Assembly: GCF_004010195.1 (NCBI RefSeq)
Contig: NW_025215039.1
Coordinates: 1 to 60,045 of the forward strand
Length of the DNA: 60,045 nucleotides
Reading direction: 5' to 3'
From: Chiloscyllium plagiosum
Lineage: Eukaryota
The position numbers were made by a program, and so were the translations under genes. Shown piece after piece: positions 1 to 13,166 of the stretch; position 1 is the stretch's first letter; each line of letters opens with the position of its first letter. The notes under the pieces are model-generated. The model was not told the origin of the DNA and did not search any database. It saw nothing but the letters and a program-made list of their open reading frames with translations.

Positions 1-94
1 GGGTCAGGATGACAGTGATAGAGTGACTCTGAGGGGTTCAGGTTGACGGTGATAGAGTGAGTGTGAGGGGGACACGGCGAGGGTGGTAGTGTGA
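1..94. repeat. Degenerate ~34-bp minisatellite, cut off by the window edge and by a CR1 3' end
   Basis: Units start at about 1, 35 and 69 (GGGTCAGGATGACAGTGATAGAGTGACTCTGAGG-like). Confidence 0.6.
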
Positions 95-180
95 CCATAA
101 GACCATAAGACATAGGAGCGGAAGTAAGACCATTCGGCCCATCGAGTCCACTCCGCCATTTTATCATGGTTGATGGGCAT

Positions 181-2925
181 TTAAACTCCACTTACCCGCA
201 TTCTCCCTGTTGCCCTTAATTCCTTGTGATATCAAGAATTTATCAATCTCTGCCTTGAATCCATTTAGCGTCCCGGCCTCCACTGCACTCTGTGACAATG
301 AATTCCACAGGCCCAACACTCTCTGGCTGAAGAAATGTCTCCGCAGTTCTGTTCTGAATTGACCCCCTCTAATTCTAAGGCTGTGCCCACGGGTCCTAGT
401 CTCCTCGCCTAACGGAAACTATTTCTTAGCGTCCAAACTTTCCAAGCCATGTATTATCTTGTAAGTTTCTATTAGATCTCACCTTAACCTTCTAAACTCA
501 AATGAGTACTATCTCAGGATCCTCAGCTGTTCCTCGGATATTAGACCTTCCATTCCAGGGATCATCCACGTGAATCTCCGCTGGAAATGCTCCAGTTCCA
601 GTATGTCCCTCCTGAGGTATGGGGCCCAAAACTGGACACAGTACTCCAAATGGGGCCTAACCAAAGCTTTATAAAGTCTCAGTAGCACATCGCGGTTTTA
701 TATTCCAACCCACAAGATAAATGACAACATTGCATTTGCTTTCTTAATCACGGATTCAACGTGCATGTTTACCTTTAGAGAATCCTCGACTAGCACTCCA
801 GATCCCTTTGTACTTTGGTTTTATGATTTTTCTCACCGTTTAGAAAGTAGTCCATGCTTGTATTCTTTTTTCCAAAGTGCAAGACCTCGCAGTTGCTCAC
901 ATTGAACTTCATCAGGCACCACTCTCCCAAACTGTCCCGATCCTTCTGCAGCATCCCCACTTCCTCACTACTACCTGCCTGTCCACCTAACTTCGCATCA
1001 TCGGCAAACTTCGCTAGAATGCCCCCAGTCCCTTCATACTGAACCCTGTGGGACACCGCTTATCACCGGCTGCCATTCCAAAAAAGAACCTTTTACCCCA
1101 ACTCTCTGCCTTCTGTCAGACAGCCAATCCTCAATCCATACCAGTAGCTCACCTCGAACACCATGGCCCCTCACCTTACTCAGCAGCCTTCCGTGTGGCA
1201 CCTTAACAAAGGCATTTTGGAAGTCTAGGTAGACCACATCCACTGGGTTTCCCTGGTCTAACCTACTTGTCACCTCTTCAAAGAATTCTAACAGGTTTGT
1301 CAGGCACGACCTCCCCTTACTAAATCCATGGTGACATGTTCTATCCCGAGCCTGCTCTTCCAAGAATTTAGAAACCTTATCCTTAATGATGGATTCTAGA
1401 ATTTTACCAACAACCGAGGTTAGGCTAATTGGCCTATAATTTTCCATCTTTTGCCTTGATCCTTTCTTGAACAATAGGTTTCCAACAGCGGTCTTCCAAT
1501 CATCCGCGACTTTCCCTGACTCCTGTGACTTTAGAAAGAGCTGAACCAAAGCCTCCACTATTTCCTCAGCCACCTCCCTCAGAACTCTAGGATGTAGCCC
1601 ATCGGGGCCAAGAGATTTGTCAATTTTAAGACCTTTAGCTTTTCTATCACTGTCTCTTTTGTAATGGCAACCATACTCAACTCAGCACCCTGACTCTCTT
1701 TAATTTTTGGGATATTACTCATGCCTTCCACTTTGAAGACTGACGCAAAGTACTTATTAAGTTCTCCAGCTATTTCCTTATCTCCCATCACTGGGCTTCC
1801 AGCATCAGTTTGATGTGGCCAATGTCAATTTTTGCCTGTTGTTTGTTTCTTATACATTGAAAGAAACTTTTACTATCATTTCTAATATCACTGGCTAGCC
1901 GACCCTCATATTTGATTATCTCCTTCCTTATTTCTCTCTTTGTTATACTCTGTTTGTTTTTATTGCCTTCCCAATCTTCTGATTTCGCAGTGCTCTTGGC
2001 CACTTTATAGAATCTCTCTTTTTCTTTGATACATTTCCTGACTTCCTTTGTCAGCTATGGCTGTCTAATCCCTCCCCGGATAATCTTTCTTTTCGTGGGA
2101 ATGAACATCTGTACTGTGTCCTCAATTATACCCACAAATTCCTGCCATTTTTGGTCTACTGTCTTCCCTGCTAGGCTCTGCTTCCAGTCGACTTTCGTCA
2201 GTTCCTCTCTCATGCCCTCATAATTACCTTTGTTTAACTGTAACACCATTACATCCGATTTTGCCTTCTCTCTTTCAAACTGCAGACTGAACTCTACCAT
2301 ATTATGATCGCGGCTTCCTAAGTGTTCCCTTACGTTAAGATCTTTTAGAAAGTCTGGTTCATTACATAGCACTAGGTCCAAAATAACCTGCTCCCTTGTG
2401 GGCTCCATGACAATCTGTTTCAAAAAGCTATCCTGTAAGCAATTCAAGAATTCCCTTTCTTTGGATCCACTGGCAACATTATTTACCCAGTCCACCTGCA
2501 TATTGAAGTTTCCCATGATCACCGTGACCTTGCCTTTCTGACATGCCTTCTCTATTTCCCGGTACATGTTGCGCCCCTGGTCCTGACCACTGTTAGGAGG
2601 TCTGTACAGAACTCCCACTATGTTTTTTTTTTGCCTTTTTGGTTCCTCAATTCCACCCACAGACTCCACATCATCCAACCCTATGTCATTCAGTGCCATA
2701 GATTTAATTTTGTTCTTAACGACCAGGTCACCCCGCCCCCTATGCCCACCTCCCTGTCTTTTCGATAAGTTGTAAATCCTTGGATGTTTACTTGCCAGTC
2801 CTGAACCCCCGCAACCATGTCTCTGTGATGCCTACCACATCATAATTATTCACGATGATCTTTGCGTTTAGTTCATCAACTTTGTTACGAATGCGACGAG
2901 CATTCAGGTAAAGTGTCTTAATGCT
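181..2925 (-). pseudogene. CR1 ORF2 (endonuclease + reverse transcriptase), frameshifted, with a short deletion after GVPQGSV
   Basis: ORF-track pieces 2055-2699, 1788-2003, 1579-1791, 1034-1573 and 790-1056; terminal TAA at 181-183. Confidence 0.9.
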
Positions 2926-3093
2926 AACTTTCTTATCATTAGAGATATTGGAAGTCATAAGATGTCCTAAGTTATCCTACCTTTTTGTTGCATTCCTAAT
3001 CTGCCTCAAGGGTAAATTCACCTGCATACGTGCTGCTTATCTTTCCATTTAACTCCATACGCCCTGTCGCTTTCACTTTCCCTTCCCCCCAAC

Positions 3094-4030
3094 TCAGAAG
3101 TTTAAAGTCCTACTGACGACACTATTTATCCTCTTCGCTGGAACATTGGTACCAGATCGGTTCAGGAGGAGACCGTCCCAACGGTACAGATCCCCCCGGT
3201 TTCAAAACTGATGCCAAGGCCTCATGAAATGGAATCCCTCTTTCACACACCAATCCCTGAGCCATGTGGTTACTTCCCTAATTTTCTTATCTCTATGCCA
3301 ATTGGCTCATGGCTCAGGCAGTAATCCGGAGATTATGACCCTTGAGGACCTGTACTTCAATTTCCTTCTTAGTGATTGATAATCCCCAAACAGGTCCTCC
3401 ACCCTAGCTTTGCCAATGTTGTTAGTCCCAACGTGGACCACAACAACTGGATGCTCCCCCTCCCGCTCCAATATCTTTTCAAGCTGGTCGGAGATGTCCC
3501 GCACCCTGGCACCAGGCAGGCAACACACCATGCGAGACTTCCGATCCGGTTTGCATTGGATAATATCTCTCCCCCTAATTATAGAATCCCCTATATCAGC
3601 TACTTGTCTTTTTGCTCCCCCCTCTTGAATGGCCTTCTGCACCATGGTGCCGTGGTCAGCTGGCTCATCCTGTCCAGAGCCCTTTTCTTCATCCGTATAG
3701 GGAGCAAGAATCTCATACCTGTTGGACAAGGTCAAGGGCTGAGGCTCCTGCACTCCTGAACTCAGGTTCCCCCTACCTGCCTCACTTACAGTCACACTCT
3801 GATGTCCCTGATCACTAACTGAATGTGAATTACTTAATCTCCCGGGTGTGACTGCCTCCTGAAACAAAGCGTCCAGTTAACTCTCCCCCTCCCGGATGTG
3901 CCGCAGTATTTGAAGCTCAGATTCCAGATCATCAATTCTGATCCGGAGTTCTTTCAGCAACCAACACTTGCTGCAGATGTGGTCACTGCTATTCACAATG
4001 GGAACAGCCAGCTCCAACATCATACAGCTG
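3094..4030 (-). pseudogene. CR1 ORF1: Cys-rich/coiled-coil N-terminus plus SGNH-type esterase domain, with internal stops
   Basis: HICSKCWLLKELRIRIDDLESEL, then IGDSIIRG, CLPGA, VVVHVGTNN and DGLLL (degenerate DxxH). Confidence 0.85.
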
Positions 4031-4379
4031 CAACCAGGTTTGACTGGAACATCACGTTTGTCAGAAAGTGAAAAAGTGAACAATGGCCTCCCTTCAATGA
4101 GAAGATGGTTTGGGTCCAGTCGAGGAATTGTCCCTCAAATAGGAAAGGCAGTATAAACAAACGCAATGCTCCGCGGGGAAAAAGTGAAGAACAATAGAAT
4201 CGGTGTCAGAGAGAGAATCAAATTGGGAACCAGGAGGAATGCTGGAGGTTCAGAGGGAAATGGTAGAGCAGAGGGGCTTTATGGGAAAACTGAGAGTCAA
4301 CAAAGAGCTGTCTTGGAATCCTCTGTGGGCACCTCATAGTAAGCATGCCAAAAGATGGAATTAGGCTGGTTTGAAACTA

Positions 4380-4610
4380 GAAAGAGGATTTATACCTGGA
4401 AAATGATCTCTGTATGTAGTTCGAATACACATACATGCATTGTAGTTGCATGTTTGACTGAAACATTCAGGAGGCGATTGGATGATCTTTGATTCAAAAA
4501 AAAGCGAGGATGTGAGGGAAGGAGGAGATCATTACTCAGCAAAGAGTTCAGTTGAAGAGCTGGTGTAACCATGATCGGTCAAATGACACCCTTCTGTGCC
4601 AAAAGGCGTC
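4380..4610 (+). mobile_element. Old CR1 3'-end fragment
   Basis: Degenerate match to the CR1 3' tails found elsewhere in the window. Confidence 0.5.
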
Positions 4611-4660
4611 TGTGATATTCAGTGTGATGTCTTGAGAGTCCTTCAAATCCATAAATATCA

Positions 4661-5210
4661 CGTCTTTGTAACCTCGTCGATCCTGTATGATACATTCTAA
4701 TCTCTGCAACCTCCATCAGCCAATGTAGCCCTCATTATCTCTGGAACTCATATAGGCCATATAAACCTTCCTTCTCTGGAATCTCCTCCAGCCCCAATAA
4801 CCTTTCCTCTCTATAAAACATGCCTGAAGTCTTTACAGCTCTCCCCTTCTCTGCAATTATTCGGATTCATAGAAACCTAATTTTTGCAATCTCCTCCAAT
4901 CGTTTCCACAAACAACCTTACTAACTGCCTCCTTATCCCGTCTTTGTAACCTCGTCGATCCTGTATGATACATTCTAATCTCTGCAACCTCCATCAGCCA
5001 ATGTAGCCCTCATTATCTCTGGAACTCATACAGGCCATATAAACCTTCCTTCTCTGGAATCTCCTCCAGCCCCAATAACCTTTCCTCTCTATAAAACATG
5101 CCTGAAGTCTTTACAGCTCTCCCCTTCTCTGCAATTATTCGGATTCATAGAAACCTAATTTTTGCAATCTCCTCCAATCGTTTCCACAAACAACCTTACT
5201 AACTGCCTCC
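4661..5210. repeat. Recent 278-bp tandem duplication
   Basis: 4661-4932 and 4939-5210 are almost identical (one substitution seen). Confidence 0.95.
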
Positions 5211-5379
5211 TGCCCTGACAGTTTGCAGTATCTCCATAAACTGCAGCCACTACAGTGTTCATTCCTTCTCCAGCACCACCAACCCTGCTCATCTCTTTTT
5301 TCTTTGCTCAAGTCCCTACAATTATCCCTGTTATGTAACGGACTCATTTATCTCTCCACTCTGCAGGCATCCTGCCTAT

Positions 5380-5415
5380 ATTCCTGATGAAGGGCTATTG
5401 CCCGAAACGTTGATT
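5380..5415 (+). ncRNA. Minimal type I hammerhead ribozyme motif (P2)
   Basis: attc-CTGATGA-A-GGGC-tatt-GCCC-GAAA-CG-TT-gatt: intact core, 4-bp stem II, palindromic ACGT in place of stem III; stem I is weak. Confidence 0.6.
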
Positions 5416-5510
5416 TTCCTGTTCTTCGAATGCAGTCTGACCTGCTGTGCTTTTCCAGCACCACTCTAATCTAGATTCTGGTTTTCAGCATCAGCAGATC
5501 TTGTTTTTAC
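5380..5510 (+). mobile_element. Penelope-like element 3' fragment (family P2)
   Basis: Same tail as the GIY-YIG-bearing copy at 34092-34476; begins with a hammerhead core. Confidence 0.8.
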
Positions 5511-5696
5511 CTAACCTACTCAAATGCCTAAATACCGTGTAACATCCTCTAGTCCCGATAATGCTCCTGATCTGTAACCACCTTCTGCTCCTACACAGCT
5601 CATTGTCTCTGCAACCTCCAGATTCCAAATCCATTCCGATCTTTGGAAACACCTCCAGCCCTTCCTCTCTCTGTAGTATCTACCAGATGTTAAAAC

Positions 5697-5932
5697 TGAA
5701 ATAACTCCACAGAGCCCGGTATTTCGTTAACAAATCACCTTTTATTTCTCCATGCATGGTACATAGCACTGACCCACACTAGCACAGAACCGGCACCTAT
5801 AGTGAACAGAGCCCCTGATGCTCTTGTTTATTTCTGTCAGCCATGATTCGCTGATTGGACCAGGTTCACAGTCCCAATCAGGGAATAGGCATTATTGAGG
5901 TTGACTTGACTGACCCCGTCCCAATCACTGTA
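5697..5932 (-). mobile_element. Probable solo LTR (Gypsy-like)
   Basis: TG...(T/C)A termini, flanks AAAC/AAAG; CCAAT motifs, TATA-like ATAAA and AATAAAA occur in LTR order on the minus strand. Confidence 0.55.
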
Positions 5933-7759
5933 AAAGGCCTCCATGTATCTCGAACGTTTATTAACACCTACAAATCTCCTAGGCTGTCAAAGCTCCTTCA
6001 GTGTCGCCAACGCTGTCTCTGCAAAATTCTCCAAGGAAAGTCCTGAACCTTTCAGTCGGCCCTCCTGTTATCAATCTCCTGCTGGAGCTATACAAGCTTT
6101 TTTTTCTGTTTTCTGCAAACAGTCGATCTCAACGTCCTCCACCCAGAACGTCTTTTCCTAATTTCTCACCACTTCCAAAAACTCGATCCGCCATTTGTGT
6201 GTGACCTTCTCCAAAAGGAAGAGAATGTTTCGAAGCAGGGAATTTCATAAGGCATGGAGACCTTTACACAAATAGGAATATTTATAGAAACTAGTAGGTT
6301 TACAAAAGTGGGAAGGGTCATGGAACATGAAGGATTTTCCAGAGACTGGCCGTTCTAGGCACAGTGGACAGAATGTATATTTCTGGTGCAGCTATATCAT
6401 GTGATAAATTGTTCAGGTAACATTTTTTTCAGGTTTCGGGGAGGGTTTTTCTCTGCAAGGTTCAATATTCTGGCTGGTCCAGCTCCATTTTCACTTCAAT
6501 TAAAACCTAAAACTATTCTTGTCTTTGCAATCTCCTTCCGCCTATAGAATAACCCATATTCCTGTAATATCCCCCAGCCTTCACACACCTTCCTATCTCT
6601 GTAAGCTCCTCTGTACCCTACAGCCATCCTGGGCTCTGCACTTGCTAACATCCCTGAATTCATTACGACCGGTTCAACAAGGCCAATTAAATTGTCGCTA
6701 TAAATTGTACGAACCAGGTCAGGTATCTCTGTCATTATGGAGATGTGGCTGCAGTGGGACCACGACTGCGAACTGGATAATCAAAGGTTTCCCCATTTGT
6801 ACAGGAAGGACAAAAAGACCAACACAATGAAGTAGCATTGTTTATAAAGAATGGGAGCAGTATTGTTGTGATGCTAATTAATTTACACACAGCTCCGCCC
6901 TGCCCTCTCCCCTCATCCTTGCGTATTGACCCTGTCAGACATTGGTAACCTTTGAAAACTTCAGAAAATAGCACAGTATAGTGGAGATAATTGTCTGAAT
7001 TGGACAAGAAGTAACTTTTTTTAAAAGCCCTAGTTCTGTCTCCCGGAGACTATAGGCTTTCAGGTGCAGATCAGGCATCTTGAATAATGGTTTGAGAGTT
7101 TCTGCCTGTAATCTGCTTCCATGTGTGACTCCCAGATCCCTGTCATACTCTGGTGAAATAGCAACTTGGCTCACCACTTCTCAAATATTTCAGAAATTAT
7201 ATTTATGCCTTTGTTCAATCCGGATGCATCAGTTTCAAGTTCTTTCGAACCACTTGTCTGTCACTAAATAATTGCTCGTGAGGATGTTTAACTTGTTCTT
7301 GGCACATACGGGAAAGCAGTTTATGATGGTCAATTAATTGACTCATAATCGAGAGCCACGGAGTAATAGTCTGTTGTTATCCCATGAAGGAAATTGATGG
7401 AATTTAAAAGCAACCATTAGGATTTATTATTTAAAAAACCCATCTGTTTGACTCAAGTCCTTTCGCAAAGTCAATGTGTGTCATGCTTCCCTAGTCAGGT
7501 TTCCGTGTGACTTTGATGATGAACATGTGGGTGTACTGTACCTTGAGGAGAATTAAAAGCCAGAAATAACCACTTGACAGCACCAAGTTTTTTGAAAAAT
7601 AGATATAATGTAACATTTTGTTGAACAACTCGATTAGCTCATTGTCTCGAGACAAAAAAAATCAGTCAAACAGTTTGAATTATACCGTAAAATACCCACG
7701 TCAAATCAAGTTTGAATTTAATATATTGACAATCTTAACAGCCAATGACACAATCCGAT

Positions 7760-8215
7760 GGTTTGGTGGACAAGACTGTGGAAAATTGAACAGTTCAGAG
7801 CAGAACTTCCAAGATCCCAGCAGGCAAAGACTACCTGAAAAATAGCTCTCCTCAAGATACTTTTATTGATTAGTAACTAGTGAAGCAGAATCCACAAGAA
7901 GAAATGAAGACAGGTATATGTAGAAGAACCGAAAGCTTCCTGGTTTTGAGATAAGAAGTTTTTATTTTGTATATCTTAATTAGGAGTCTTACCGGACTAG
8001 TCTCGTGGAGGGGGAAGGTAAAAGATATGTTAGAGGAAGAAGTTGTAAATAGTCGTTTGTTTATAATTCTCTGTTATGCTTTAATAAATAAAGTTGTTAA
8101 TTTTTGCTTTAAATAGTTTAGGAATCTAGAGTTATCACAGATTACTGCGTTGGATAAATCTTTTCTCTGTTGTTGGTTTTAATTAAGCAGGAGAATTTAT
8201 CCTGTGTTGTTATAC
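7760..8215 (+). mobile_element. Possible LTR remnant
   Basis: AT-rich block with AATAAA near 8087, then a T-rich U5-like segment; termini not defined. Confidence 0.35.
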
Positions 8216-9679
8216 TACAAACCCCCCGCAATGTGTTTTACTACTTAACTGTCCTGTGGAACAGCTGAACCAGTCACTCAGTTCAAGATCAGTATAACAT
8301 GCTGCCCTGACCAGGGCTGCATACATCCTGTGAGATAAGACCAGAAGTAAAGATAGCTCCCTTCCTCTGTCTGTTTCCCGTATTCCTACAGCTCATTTCC
8401 ATTCAGGTAGGTGATCATCCCCTATTTTAGGTGCATTCAATCTCATTGAAATACTCCCCGAGAGTGATGCACATCACCATAGACATCTCTGGTACTACCT
8501 TTATTGATGCTGATGTACAGCTGTAATGAACTTTTAAATTCCATGTCAGTCGTAGTGCATAGAGAAGAAATGGCTTTTTGTGGCACGGAAAGAAACGGCG
8601 ATGTCTAAGTGAGAGAAGGGAATGATTGCGATCATCCCTGAGAGTATTGTTGAGGCAGGATTTGGGGAACTGTGGATTGGCTTTCTCTCACGTTTCACCG
8701 GACAAATCCCTGGGATGATGGCACTATGAGCAGTGAGTGAAGCTCAGTGAGAGAATAAGAGGTGATTGCATTGAACCTTAAGGGGGATGGACAATCACTC
8801 ATGATGTTCTAAACAGACACTGTCACAGAGATGAATTCCATGACTTTTTTTCACTTGGGTTACATGATTATCGATAGTTTAAGAGCCTTTGAGTACGATC
8901 GACCCAACCACCCCCACTCCCTATTTCAATTAAGACAGAGAGAGAGTGAGTGTGTGTGAGAGAGAGGGGTCCAGGCTTTTGAATAAAATCTCCCAACATT
9001 AATACAGTCCAATTGGTGCGTGATCCTGCAATGAACGTTATGTTATCCATAATCCTGACAACAGCCGCAATACCTTCATTATAAAAGAATTAACTCTTCC
9101 CTGCAGCTTCTGACCTCTATAGAGAACATGGGTGCTTCTTCTCGGAGATGGAAGATGCCTCCTTGAGACTTGACACAAAACGGTTGACTTCCCTCCTCAC
9201 TGCCAGCAAACCGTATTAAAGTAGTACACGTTCTACAAACAATGGAACCATGATTAACATCATGGAGCCCTCTTTTAGTGCAGTCTCGGTTTCATTGGTT
9301 TGCCATGTTAGAGTATCAATGACAATGAGGTCTGAATAGCCTCCTCGTGGTCTGATTGTGCTCTACCTGTGCCTGTTTAACAGCTCGATGTACTGACCAG
9401 ACGCCTTCTCTTCCTGTGGAACAGGCAGGAGGTTTGAAAGGGCTGTCCCTCTTCTTGTTTAGTAGTTTCGACGGGCTCAATGGTTTCCACATATCAGTGT
9501 GTAACATGCTTGAGATGCTGAATGAGCTTCCCTTTTAACTGTAGAAATGTGCAGTGACTGGCAGTACTGTAGCATGAATGTTACCGACACTTTAACAGCA
9601 CAAACCGGAATGCTGTCTGGGTCCTGCTGCACATGGACACAGAATGGCTCAGGAACTGATGAGGAACAAAATGTTCTGA

Positions 9680-9990
9680 ACATTGTGTGATCTTAAGTCA
9701 TCATCCCCACTTCAGATCTTATGATGGGGAAAAACATTGATGGAGCAGCTGAAGATGTTCGTGCTCAGGAAGCTTACCTGATGAGTTGTCCCGGAAGTGA
9801 AAGGATTATTGGCTGCCAACCACAAACATCTTTCTTTGAGTTCTGAAAGACCCAGACAAGTGGGAGGTTACACCTGATTCCCATTCAGCTCAAATAAGTA
9901 GGTGGTCTCGATGCCATCCTTAGTCAAATACTGCCTTGATATCAAGGACATTCACTCTTTCATGAGCCCCTGCGTTCATCTCTTGTTCAT
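9680..9990 (-). mobile_element. L2/CR1-group LINE RT fragment
   Basis: Homologous to 39900-40200 (LDIKAxFD and SEVGM motifs). Confidence 0.6.
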
Positions 9991-10019
9991 ATCAACAGGT
10001 GACAGTGTGCAAACAGGGA

Positions 10020-10260
10020 GTGTTTTCCGAACACAGAGGGTCATCACTGTCAGGAATTATCTGGGCTAGAGAGTTATGGGAGCTACATCACTGAAAGTAT
10101 TTAAGGAGGTGGGAGATGGATTTTGAACTGTCAGAGAGCTTAGCGGTGTGAAGAATTGGGCATTAAAAGGAGTTAATGTCAACAGTAGATCAGCCATGAT
10201 GGTATACAACGGCTTGATCGTCCGAATTACCTGGTTCTGTTCTTTATGTCTTCATATTCT
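10020..10260 (+). mobile_element. Old CR1 3'-end fragment
   Basis: CAGAGGGT...AGATCAGCCATGAT tail motifs. Confidence 0.6.
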
Positions 10261-11639
10261 GTAATTACAAAGTTAATGGTTGTAATTTTCCTGAACGTTC
10301 TGTTATTGGACGTTGCAATCAGAGAGAGCAAAGTACTTTGTGAGTCATCTCTGGGTGAGGTATGGGAGCTACATTCGCAGTGAATCTGGGTCTACACCAT
10401 GACCATCAAATGAAGCACAAGTTGCAGAGAGGGCATACTCTATAGAGACCAGAGGTGTCTTTTCCAACCCACACTAAACCGTGTGTGACAGTCTGGAGGG
10501 ATTGAATGAGATCATGTATTACTGTGGACCAGGTATTTGAAGTAAGTGGCCTCCATCTGCTCCTTGCAAGAGCTGTGAAGCGTTGAATGGAACATAGGGA
10601 CATAGGACTGTGTCACCGCTCCAACATGCGTAGACATCATGGGTGATGTGACTGTGGCCTCAGTAGCACTTTTCTGTCTGTATAACATTTTCCTAAATTC
10701 ATTTGTCTGTCAAATGTCACCAAAAACAACTTTGAATAAATGCAAACATCTAGGCACCACAAACTTCTGGGGAAGGGAATTCCCACTTGAACAGCCCTTT
10801 TAAATTTCTCATTTGTGTTCCAACCAATGCTGGAGGGTCACTGTTTTCTTTTCCAGTCCCACTCCTCCACTGTTTACACCTATCTTAAATGCAAACAGTT
10901 TAGAGAGGTGGCCAGTGATATAGGTCTCAGAGTAGGTCATTTTCTAGAAAAATATAAGACACAGAAAGTTGAACTCATAACAAATGATAAAATGAAAGAC
11001 TGTCCCAAACGTTATTCAGCTTTGACATTATTCTGCTCAGACAAGCTACTGGTCGTGGGATTTCTTTCCAGAACGGTTGGATTTGGCTGAATTCCCTTTG
11101 TTTCAGGAAGTGCAGAGATTCCATTGAATCCTTACCAGGAATCCTTCTCAAGTGGTACAGATAACTCATGGATTTTATGGTCTTACACTTTGCTATTAGG
11201 CGGAACAAAGTAAGAGAGAGAGGTCAATTGGATACTGCTTTTCAGGCAGGGAACATTTTTATCCCACTCTGTGTTAAAACATACAATAATGTCAACTGTA
11301 CACAAACTGGTCCATATGTACTCTCCTGGAACATTCTCTGGAAAACCTGTTTATGGATTATTTGCAGGTGCGTCATTGCTCTTGTACACAATTCATTTCA
11401 ATCTCAAAAAAAGTTCACATTTTATAATTTGATTACATGCTTACATGTCTCTGGCTAATTTGTAACTATTGGTAGGTGTCTTCATAGTATGTGTGTTTAT
11501 ATCAATACATCTTTTTCTTAAAATTTATTCTCTCGCTTTACTCTCCCTGACAAGAGATAACATGCATCCAGTTGATACACTTTTCAGAAAGTCATGGATG
11601 GTTCAATACTGTTTCTCAGCGAAGATCAAAACTGATAAT

Positions 11640-12280
11640 CCCCGATAACAAAATTCCATCATTCCAGGAATGAGTAAAGAGACACCTCTTTGAAAATCTT
11701 CGAAAATAATTATATCCTTTCCTTTTAGTTTAGGTGATCAAAATTTCACATAATGCATCTGGTGTGGTCTCAGCAATGCCCTGTACAGATGCAATAAAAC
11801 ATCCCTGCGATTAAACCTGATATCTTGCGCCACAAACAGCATCATTCCACTTACCTTCCAAATCACAAGCTGCATCAGCAGATTGACTTCATATGATTCA
11901 TGTCCCAGGAACGTGGAAACCGCCTGTATCACAAAGTTCTGCAATCTCTCTCGATTTAAATTGTTTACCATTGTTTTATCCTGCATGTCGAAATCGACCA
12001 CTTACCATGTTATTTCTGCTGAAGGTTTGCTCACGAACTCTTTCTGACTGTATCACATTGCAGACTCACTCCATCCATTTGATGACACATTGAATGACCA
12101 TCTTGGTGTGAGCTAATTGAGCTCGAAGCCATTCCCTCCCCTTCCTCCAGATCTTTGAAACAGATTATTGATCATTGATGACCCCACAGCGATCTCTGAG
12201 GCACTCATCAGTTACAGCTTTGCAGCCTGAAAATAAACATTTGTCTCTACTCTCTATTTCCTGTCAGCGATAGCTTCCCT
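11640..12280 (-). mobile_element. Degenerate CR1 RT fragment
   Basis: ORF 11738-12001 contains DVLLHLYRALLRPH. Confidence 0.7.
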
Positions 12281-12431
12281 GTTTCTGTATATCCATTCAG
12301 ACAGGTTTAATGGCCTCCTCCTGGGCTGTGTAATGTACTCAACGAGCTGAATTGCTTCATTCTATATTGCTGTGTAAGTCCTTAGACGGGAAGAATGGTC
12401 TCCTCCTGTCTCATTGTAACGATTCTAAAAT

Positions 12432-12612
12432 TAACTGCCTCGAGGGGTGGATTGAGCGACTACACATAGGGTCGGGACAGCAGTGTATCTCTAACAGCAT
12501 CGAGGGATGGATTGAGGGCACAACACATGAGGTATGGAAAGCAGTATATCTCTGTAACAGCATCAAGAGCTGGATTGAGGAACAACACATGGCGAAGGGG
12601 CAGCAGTTGCCC
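12432..12612. repeat. Three diverged tandem units of 60-63 bp
   Basis: TAACAGCATCGAGGGNTGGATTGAG...ACACAT...GCAG at 12432, 12492 and 12555. Confidence 0.8.
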
Positions 12613-13166
12613 ATTTGACTGCACCATTCAGAATGCTCATGGCTGATCCGAGTGTGTCTGAACATCCGTCTCCTGTCTGTTCCTAATAAACATTGACACT
12701 CCTGTCCTGCAAAGGTCAGTCGCGCTCAGCCTTGAATATCTTCAATAACCGAGTCTTCACTGCTCCCTGAGGATGAGGACACCACAGGTAGCACAACACT
12801 AAAGTGAAAGGGACGTCCTTATTTCATTGTGGGACCTGTTTCTTTAAAACTGTGTTAACTGAACAACAAATCACCACCTCTTTTCAGACATAAGTCAGAA
12901 TAATTAGGAATACACATAAACCAGACCTATCCCACATTGCCACTGATCCTTTCCAATCAAATATATATGAAACCCAGCCTCTGCTGATGTCTCAGGAAGA
13001 GAATACCTGATAGCATATCACCACACGAGCATGAAAAACGGAGCAGAATGAGGATATTCGGCACATCGAGTCTGATATGCCATTCAATAATTTCTTATAT
13101 ATTCCTCAACCTCATTCTCCTTGAGAATGAATCCTAGATCCCCTTATAAATCAAAAACTTATCTAT

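Larger units (their letters stand above)
95..4035 (-). mobile_element. Near-full-length CR1-clade LINE (ORF1 + APE-RT ORF2), inactivated
   Basis: (CCATAAGA)2 tail at 95-110. Collinear ORF pieces with YRPISLTSVVGKILE, HGF, VYLDFQNAF, GVPQGSV and FADD (RT); YLNAR, GVLYRPP and DHNMVEF (APE); esterase ORF1 upstream. Confidence 0.95.
4640..6640 (+). repeat. Degenerate C/T-rich minisatellite field (core TCTCTGYAACCTCCTCCAGCCC), probably derived from an L2-type ORF2 C-terminus, interrupted by insertions
   Basis: The core recurs about every 35-40 bp and translates to (P)YLCxLL-like peptides, e.g. PSYLCKLL in ORF 6519-6830. Confidence 0.55.

Noticed and set aside
9005..9220. CCAAT + TATAAAAG followed by ATGs or a possible acceptor
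   Set aside because: Only very short unrecognisable ORFs follow, and there are no supporting exons.
11107..11367. Two plus-strand exon-like segments with AG/GT signals
   Set aside because: No recognisable peptide, promoter or connected exons; not a hydrophobic Ig/TCR leader.
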